DNA from: Alphaproteobacteria bacterium
GTDB taxonomy: Bacteria; Pseudomonadota; Alphaproteobacteria; GCA-2731375
Reading direction: 5' to 3'
Assembly (NCBI GenBank): GCA_965232515.1
Contig: CBDDPY010000002.1
Coordinates: 640,001 to 704,000, forward strand
Length of the DNA stretch: 64,000 bases
Positions 57,821 through 64,000 of the stretch are shown here, piece by piece. The position numbers and the translations under genes are program-made. The first letter of the stretch is position 1. Every line of letters starts with the position of its first letter. Below the pieces are notes generated by a model. It saw only the letters and a program-made list of their open reading frames with translations. It was not told where the DNA came from and did not search any database.

Positions 57821-58858
57821 CTATCCCACGGCCGATGCGGGCGTGTTGGCGAGATTGGCGAGATCGAAGGCGTCCGCCAGCAATTCGTAGGACCGCAGGC
57901 GCTTCTCGAAGTCATGCGTGATGGTCACGACGACCAGTTCGTCGCAGCCATATCGCCGCGCCAGCTCGTCCAGTCGGGCTTTCACTTGATCCGGTGTGCC
58001 GGCGATCGTGCGGCGGCGGTTGAAACGGACCATGGCCCGCTCCCGATCGTTATAGTCATAGGCCTTGGCCTCGTCGGGCGTGGGGATAGGACCCGGCTGG
58101 CCGCTCCTCAGCCGCAGCAGCCAGAGATCGCGGCTGCAGGCCAGGTGATCGGCCTCCTCCTCGGTCTCGGCGCAGATCACGAAGACACCGATGCTGCCTT
58201 GCGCCTCGTGGCTGTGCCCCTGCGCCTTGAAGTGCTGCCGATAGGCCTGCATGACCTCGGCGCCGCCCTCGTCATTGATGAAGTGGGCGAAGCTGAACGG
58301 CAGGCCGAAATAGGCCGCATAGGCGGCGCTCTGGTCGCTGGAGCCGAGCAGCCAGACCTGCGGGCTGGTCGAACCGCGCGGTTCGGCATGGATGCCGTGG
58401 AAGGGATGCCCGGCTTCGATCGAGTCGTTCAGAAACTCGACCAGATCCTTGATCTGATTCGGAAAATACTCGATCCCGAGCTTGCCCGGACCGGCAGCCA
58501 GCGCCTGTGCCGTTCGCCCGTCGCTGCCCGGGGCGCGGCCGATGCCGAGGTCGATGCGGCCTGGGAACAGCGTTTCCAGCATGCGGAAGTTTTCCGCCAC
58601 CTTGAGGGCGCTGTAGTGGCTGAGCATGACGCCGCCGGAGCCGACACGCAGATTTTCCGTGATCGAGGCGACGCGACCGATCAGCACCTCCGGCGTCGAG
58701 CCCGCGAGGCCACCGGAGCTGTGGTGTTCGGCGAGCCAATAGCGATGAAATCCCAGCCGATCGCAGAACCCCGCCAGCTCCAGCGTTTCCGCCACGGCAT
58801 CGGCCGGTGTGGCCCCGCTACGGATCGGCGACTGATCCAACACACTCAGAAACGTCAT
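57821..58858 (-). CDS. LLM-class (luciferase-like) flavin-dependent oxidoreductase
   Basis: ATG at 58858; [42 protein letters not shown]. Confidence 0.92.
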   Translation of the reverse strand: MTFLSVLDQSPIRSGATPADAVAETLELAGFCDRLGFHRYWLAEHHSSGGLAGSTPEVLIGRVASITENLRVGSGGVMLSHYSALKVAENFRMLETLFPGRIDLGIGRAPGSDGRTAQALAAGPGKLGIEYFPNQIKDLVEFLNDSIEAGHPFHGIHAEPRGSTSPQVWLLGSSDQSAAYAAYFGLPFSFAHFINDEGGAEVMQAYRQHFKAQGHSHEAQGSIGVFVICAETEEEADHLACSRDLWLLRLRSGQPGPIPTPDEAKAYDYNDRERAMVRFNRRRTIAGTPDQVKARLDELARRYGCDELVVVTITHDFEKRLRSYELLADAFDLANLANTPASAVG

Positions 58859-59030
58859 CGCGACACGAACTCCTTCAACCCACGACAAGCACCCGACGCC
58901 CGCGACGCCGGACATGGGCATGGTCGCCGTCGAAACGAAGCGGCGGCTATCAAGACCCATCCGATACCATGATTTCTCGCGGCGCCTAGGTTACATTGCC
59001 CTCGATCAATCAGACAAACGAGACCTGCCG

Positions 59031-60203
59031 ATGCTCCCGAATGCGTTACCGAGCCTGAACTTCGATCTCGGCGAGACAGCCGATCTGCTGCGTGACACCG
59101 TGGCCACATTCGCATCGGACCACATCGCGCCGCGGGCGGCGGACATCGACGAGAAAAACGACTTTCCCCACGATCTGTGGCCGAAATTCGGCGAGCTCGG
59201 CCTGCTCGGCATCACCGTCGAAGAGGAATACGGCGGGGCCGGCATGGGCTATCTCGAGCATGTCGTGGCGGTCGAGGAATTGAGCCGGGCATCTGCGGCT
59301 GTCGGCCTGAGCTACGGCGCGCATTCCAACCTCTGCGTCAACCAGATTCGCCGCAACGGCAACGACGAACAGCGGCGGCGCTACCTGCCGAAGCTGATCT
59401 CGGGCGAGCACGTCGGCGCGCTCGCCATGTCCGAACCCGGTGCTGGCTCGGATGTCGTCGGCATGCGCCTCAGGGCCGATAAGAAGGGCGACCAGTTCGT
59501 ACTCAACGGCAACAAGATGTGGATCACCAATGGCCCTGACGCTGACACGCTGGTGGTCTACGCCAAGACCGATCCGGACGCGGGCCCGCGGGGCATCACG
59601 GCCTTCCTGATTGAGAAGGGTTTCAAGGGGTTCTCGACGGCGCAGAAGCTCGACAAGCTCGGCATGCGCGGCTCCAACACCTGCGAGTTGGTGTTCGAGG
59701 ACTGCGAGGTGCCGGAAGAGAACGTGCTGGGCGAGATCAACAAGGGCGTGCACGTGCTGATGTCGGGCCTCGATTACGAGCGGGCCGTGCTGGCTGCCGG
59801 CCCGACCGGCATCATGCAGGCCTGCATGGATGTGGTCGTGCCCTATGTGCATGAGCGCGAGCAGTTTGGCCGTCCAATCGGCGAGTTTCAGCTCATGCAG
59901 GGCAAGATCGCCGACATGTATACGACGATGAACGCCACCAAGGCTTACGTCTATGCCGTCGCCAAGGCCTGCGACCGCGGCGAGACCACGCGCAAGGATG
60001 CCGCCGGCGCAATCCTCTACGCGGCCGAAAAGGCGACCTGGATGGCGCTGGAGGCGATCCAGGCGCTCGGCGGCAACGGCTACATCAACGAATATCCGAC
60101 CGGCCGCCTGCTGCGCGACGCCAAACTCTATGAGATCGGCGCCGGCACGTCGGAGATCCGGCGCATGTTGATCGGCCGCGAGCTGTTCGAGGAGACGGCA
60201 TGA
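59031..60203 (+). CDS. ivd: Isovaleryl-CoA dehydrogenase
   Basis: [54 protein letters not shown]. Confidence 0.95.
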   Translation: MLPNALPSLNFDLGETADLLRDTVATFASDHIAPRAADIDEKNDFPHDLWPKFGELGLLGITVEEEYGGAGMGYLEHVVAVEELSRASAAVGLSYGAHSNLCVNQIRRNGNDEQRRRYLPKLISGEHVGALAMSEPGAGSDVVGMRLRADKKGDQFVLNGNKMWITNGPDADTLVVYAKTDPDAGPRGITAFLIEKGFKGFSTAQKLDKLGMRGSNTCELVFEDCEVPEENVLGEINKGVHVLMSGLDYERAVLAAGPTGIMQACMDVVVPYVHEREQFGRPIGEFQLMQGKIADMYTTMNATKAYVYAVAKACDRGETTRKDAAGAILYAAEKATWMALEAIQALGGNGYINEYPTGRLLRDAKLYEIGAGTSEIRRMLIGRELFEETA

Positions 60204-60679
60204 CGGCAGGTCGTCCGCGGAACGCCGTCGTCGATCCGGCCGACTTGCCGGGCGGCGCGAACACGGACTATCCGGACCCGTTCCGCGCTGCCGTGGAACG
60301 GCGCGAGAAGCGCAAGCTTGGCGATGCCGTTGGCCTGACGAATTTTGGGGTCAACCTGGTGCGGCTGCCGCCGGGCGCCGCGTCTACCCAGCGGCACTGG
60401 CACAGCAGGCAAGATGAGTTCGTCTATGTGCTGGACGGCGAGGTCGTGCTGCTGACCGATGCCGGCGAGCAGGTGCTGTCGGCGGGCATGTGCGCCGGCT
60501 TTCCCGCCGGTTCGGGTGATGGGCATCAGTTGCTGAACCGGTCGGACCGGGACGTGCGCTACCTTGAGGTCGGCGACCGGACGCCCGACGACGAGGTTGA
60601 CTATCCCGACATCGATCTGTTGGTGCGCTGGATCGACGGCGTCGAGCGTTACGTCCACAAGGACGGCACGCCCTACTAG
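60200..60679 (+). CDS. Cupin-domain protein
   Basis: [26 protein letters not shown]. Confidence 0.9.
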   Translation: MTAGRPRNAVVDPADLPGGANTDYPDPFRAAVERREKRKLGDAVGLTNFGVNLVRLPPGAASTQRHWHSRQDEFVYVLDGEVVLLTDAGEQVLSAGMCAGFPAGSGDGHQLLNRSDRDVRYLEVGDRTPDDEVDYPDIDLLVRWIDGVERYVHKDGTPY

Positions 60680-60699
60680 GCGCAGAGGGAGCAGCCGGC

Positions 60700-61458
60700 A
60701 TGCCAAAGCTGAATCGGGACGGCGTCGAATTCTATTTCGAGGATCACGGACGGGGGCCGGCCGTGCTGCTGACGCATGGCTACAGCGCCGACTCGACCAT
60801 GTGGCGCGACCAGGTGTCGGCCCTGCGCGACGATCACCGTGTGATCGTCTGGGACATGCGCGGGCACGGCCGGTCCGACTATCCCGACGACCAAAGCCTC
60901 TATTCGGAGACACATACCGTCGCCGACATGGCGGCGCTTCTGGATCACTGCGGCATCGACACGGCCGTGATCGGCGGCCTGTCGCTCGGCGGCTATTCCT
61001 CGCTCGCCTTTCATCTGGCGCATGCCCATCGTACGCGAGCGCTGATGCTGTTCGACACCGGTCCGGGCTTCAAGAAAGACGACGCCCGCGACGCCTGGAA
61101 CAAATACGCGCTGTCCCGGGCCGACGCGCTCGACCGCGACGGCTTGTCGGCGCTCAGCAGCAGCGACGAGGTGCAACAGGCGCAGCACCGGTCGGCGGAT
61201 GGGCTCGCCCGTGCGGCCCGCGGCATGCTGACCCAGCGGGACGCCGCCGTGATCAACTCCCTGCCCAACGTTGCCGTGCCGACGCTGGTGCTGGTCGGCG
61301 CCGACGATACGAACTTTCTTGCGGCGACGGATTACATGGCGGCGAAAATTCCGAATGCCGCCAAGGTCGTCATCCCCGATGCCGGCCACGCCGCCAACAT
61401 CCACCAACCCGCGGCGTTCAACGACGCCATGCGGTCGTTTCTCGCCACGTTGCCCTGA
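60700..61458 (+). CDS. Alpha/beta-fold hydrolase
   Basis: HG, WDMRGHGRS, GLSLG, AGHAANI..P. Confidence 0.9.
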   Translation: MPKLNRDGVEFYFEDHGRGPAVLLTHGYSADSTMWRDQVSALRDDHRVIVWDMRGHGRSDYPDDQSLYSETHTVADMAALLDHCGIDTAVIGGLSLGGYSSLAFHLAHAHRTRALMLFDTGPGFKKDDARDAWNKYALSRADALDRDGLSALSSSDEVQQAQHRSADGLARAARGMLTQRDAAVINSLPNVAVPTLVLVGADDTNFLAATDYMAAKIPNAAKVVIPDAGHAANIHQPAAFNDAMRSFLATLP

Positions 61459-61483
61459 ACCGGACCGACACCCTGAGGACGCG

Positions 61484-62623
61484 ATGCTGCTGACTGACGA
61501 GCAAACCATGATCCGCGACATGGCGCGGGACTTTGCGCAAGCCGAACTCGCGCCGCACGCGGCGCAGTGGGAGCTCGACGGCGCATTGCCGGCCGACACG
61601 CTGCGCAAGATGGGCGACCTCGGCCTGATGGGCATGTGCGTTGATGATCAATGGGGCGGTGGCGCGGCGGACTACGTGTCCTATGTGCTCGCCCTGATGG
61701 AGATCGCCGGCGGCGACGGCGCGACATCGACCGTCATGAGCGTCAACAACTCGCCGGTTTGTGCCGCCATCGCCGAATACGGCAGTGACGAACAGAAGCG
61801 CCAGTATCTGGCGCCGCTCGCCCGCGGCGAGATGATCGGCGCGTTTCTTTTGACCGAGCCGCAGGCCGGCTCGGACGCGTCGAACCTGCGCGCCCGGGCG
61901 AAGCTCGTCGGCAACAAGTATGTGCTGAACGGCACCAAGCAGTTCATCACCTCGGGCAGGATCGCGTCGGTCGCCATGGTCTTCGCCGTGACCGATCCCG
62001 ATGCCGGTAAGAAGGGCATCACCTGCTTCCTGACGCCGACGGATGCGCCGGGCTACGTCATCGCCGGCGAGGAGCGGAAGCTCGGCCAGCGCGCCTCCGA
62101 TACCTGCCAGATCCAGCTCGAGGATCTGGAAGTCCCGCCCGACATGATCCTCGGCCAGCCGGGGGAGGGCTACAAGATCGCGCTGGCCAATCTCTCGACC
62201 GGCCGTATCGGCATCGCCGCGCAGGCCGTCGGCATGGCCGACGCCGCGCTTCAGGCCGCGTCGGCCTACGCCAAGGAGCGCGAAACCTTCGGCAAGCCGA
62301 TCATCGAGCACCAGGCCATCGCCTTTCGCTTGGCCGACATGGCGACAGAGGTCGAGGTGGCCCGGCAGATGGCCTTGCATGCGGCGACGCTGAAAGACGC
62401 TGATCTGCCGAGCCTGAAGGAGGCCTCGATGGCGAAGCTGTTCGCGTCGGAGATGGCCGAGCGGGTCTGTTCGGCGGCGATCCAGATACACGGCGGTTAC
62501 GGATACCTGAGCGATTTTCCGGTCGAGCGCATCTACCGCGATGTCCGCGTCTGCCAGATCTACGAGGGCACCAGCGACGTCCAGAAGATGGTCATCAGCC
62601 GCGAAATCGCGGCGGACCGGTAG
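61484..62623 (+). CDS. Acyl-CoA dehydrogenase (short/branched-chain type)
   Basis: ATG at 61484 after GAGG; LTEPQAGSDA, GRIGIAAQAVG, QIHGGYGY, QIYEGTSD. Confidence 0.93.
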   Translation: MLLTDEQTMIRDMARDFAQAELAPHAAQWELDGALPADTLRKMGDLGLMGMCVDDQWGGGAADYVSYVLALMEIAGGDGATSTVMSVNNSPVCAAIAEYGSDEQKRQYLAPLARGEMIGAFLLTEPQAGSDASNLRARAKLVGNKYVLNGTKQFITSGRIASVAMVFAVTDPDAGKKGITCFLTPTDAPGYVIAGEERKLGQRASDTCQIQLEDLEVPPDMILGQPGEGYKIALANLSTGRIGIAAQAVGMADAALQAASAYAKERETFGKPIIEHQAIAFRLADMATEVEVARQMALHAATLKDADLPSLKEASMAKLFASEMAERVCSAAIQIHGGYGYLSDFPVERIYRDVRVCQIYEGTSDVQKMVISREIAADR

Positions 62624-62630
62624 ACCGCAG

Positions 62631-63233
62631 ATGCCCGCGCCGATCGACTTCTATTTCGACTTTCTGTCGCCTTACGGCTATCTCGGCTCCATCGGCATCG
62701 AGAAGGTCGCCGCCAAGTACGGCCGCGCGGTCGAATGGCGGCCCATGCTGCTGGGCATCAACGCCCTCAAGGTCATGGGCATCAGGCCCTTGAATGAGAC
62801 GCCGTTGAAGGCGCCGTACCTGAAGCGCGATGTGCCGCGCACGGCCAGCTACATGGGCATCCCGATTGTCATGCACGGGAAGATGATGGCGCCGCTGCCG
62901 GCGGCCCGCGCCTTTGCCTGGTTGGCCGACGATGATGCCGCCTTGGCCAAGCGGTTCGGACAGGCGATCTACAAGGCCCACTGGGCCGACGGCCGCAATA
63001 TGTCGACGCCGGATGCCGTGGCGGGCGAGGCCGCGACGTTGGGCATCGATGCGGATGCCCTGTTGGCGGCTATCGAGACCGACAAGGTCAAGAACCGCTT
63101 GAAGGAACGCGTCCAGGACTCTATCGAGGTCGGTGTTTTCGGCACCCCCACATTCGTTGCCGACGGCGAGATGTTCTGGGGCTCGGACCGGCTTCCTATG
63201 GTCGACCGCTGGCTGGAGACGGGTGGTTTCTGA
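62631..63233 (+). CDS. 2-hydroxychromene-2-carboxylate isomerase / kappa-GST (DsbA-like) family
   Basis: IDFYFDFLSPYGYL, WRPMLLG, GVFGTPTF, EMFWGSDRL. Confidence 0.88.
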   Translation: MPAPIDFYFDFLSPYGYLGSIGIEKVAAKYGRAVEWRPMLLGINALKVMGIRPLNETPLKAPYLKRDVPRTASYMGIPIVMHGKMMAPLPAARAFAWLADDDAALAKRFGQAIYKAHWADGRNMSTPDAVAGEAATLGIDADALLAAIETDKVKNRLKERVQDSIEVGVFGTPTFVADGEMFWGSDRLPMVDRWLETGGF

Positions 63234-63302
63234 ATTCCGCTTCAGCCCGCGAATGCCCATGCTAAATTAGCTTTTCGCCTGCCATCGGAGCTTTTCCCCG
63301 CA

Positions 63303-64000
63303 ATGAGCGTCATTGCCAGCAAGATCGACACGCGCGATCCCGCCTACCAGAAGAACCACGCCCAGATGGTCACGCAGCTCGCCGAGTTGAAGGCCGTCAT
63401 CGGCAAATTGAAGCTCGGTGGTGGCGAGCGCAGCCGCAAACGACATCTGGACCGCGGCAAACTGCTGCCGCGCGACCGGGTGCGGGCGCTGGTCGATCCC
63501 GGCGCGCCTTTTCTGGAGTTCTCCCAGCTCGCCGCCTACGGCGTCTATGACGACGAGGTACCGTGCGCCGGCATCATCACCGGCATCGGCCGGGTGTCCG
63601 GCCGCGAGTGCGTGATCGTCGCGAACGACGCGACGGTGAAGGGCGGCACCTACTATTCGCTGACCGTGAAGAAACACCTGCGGGCCCAAGAGGTGGCGCT
63701 GCAGAACAGCTTGCCGTGCATCTACCTCGTGGATTCCGGCGGCGCGAACCTGCCGGAATGGCCGGATGTCTTTCCCGACCGCGAACATTTCGGCCGCATT
63801 TTCTACAACCAGGCCAACATGTCGGCACGGGCGATCCCGCAGATTGCTGTGGTCATGGGCTCCTGCACGGCCGGCGGCGCCTACGTGCCGGCGATGTCGG
63901 ACGAGAGCATCATCGTGCGTCAGCAGGGCACGATCTTCCTCGGCGGCCCGCCGCTGGTGAAGGCGGCGACGGGCGAGGAAGTGACGCCGGAAGAGCTGGG
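63303..64000 (+). CDS. mccB: 3-methylcrotonyl-CoA carboxylase beta subunit (3'-truncated by window; absent from the ORF track)
   Basis: Hand translation from ATG 63303: [60 protein letters not shown]; downstream of ivd. Confidence 0.9.
   Translation, partial: MSVIASKIDTRDPAYQKNHAQMVTQLAELKAVIGKLKLGGGERSRKRHLDRGKLLPRDRVRALVDPGAPFLEFSQLAAYGVYDDEVPCAGIITGIGRVSGRECVIVANDATVKGGTYYSLTVKKHLRAQEVALQNSLPCIYLVDSGGANLPEWPDVFPDREHFGRIFYNQANMSARAIPQIAVVMGSCTAGGAYVPAMSDESIIVRQQGTIFLGGPPLVKAATGEEVTPEEL

Overview
High-GC alphaproteobacterial chromosome segment, almost entirely core genome. The taxonomic call is inferred from the gene order and from markers such as ATP12, a PleC/DivJ-type kinase and CtrA/CcrM motifs. 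1-2.7 kb holds a truncated beta-barrel-like gene, a cytochrome P460-family gene, a small secreted protein and rlmB. 2.85-34.9 kb is the translation/transcription supercluster: tRNA-Tyr, tRNA-Gly, tuf, tRNA-Trp, secE-nusG-rplKA-rplJL-rpoBC, str (rpsL-rpsG-fusA-tuf), S10, spc, secY-adk and the alpha operon. 35-41.5 kb is the degQ-rarA-fluC-RluA-family-(hydrolase)-HAD-ATP12 block. It is followed by pccBA, an orphan PAS/GAF histidine kinase, acylphosphatase, lipB, an orphan fliN-like gene, tRNA-Leu, maeB, an OMP-like gene and mgtE. The window ends in an acyl-CoA/leucine catabolic region (LysR, crotonase, PaaI, desaturase with TetR, LLM, ivd, cupin, hydrolase, ACAD, kappa-GST, truncated mccB). I see no mobile element, CRISPR array or defence island, and nothing I can call a new multi-gene system with confidence. 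The best second-look signals are at the nucleotide level: (i) a synonymous-codon anomaly inside fusA, sharply bounded on its 3' side (G-poor third positions, an 8-bp inverted repeat, five GTAC); (ii) a tandem TetR operator built from four GANTC (CcrM) sites upstream of a TetR-desaturase pair; (iii) a perfect CtrA box plus an IHF consensus upstream of rpoB, a near-consensus CtrA box at lipB/fliN, and a DnaA G-box upstream of the PleC/DivJ-like kinase. All counts were made by eye and no database searches were run.
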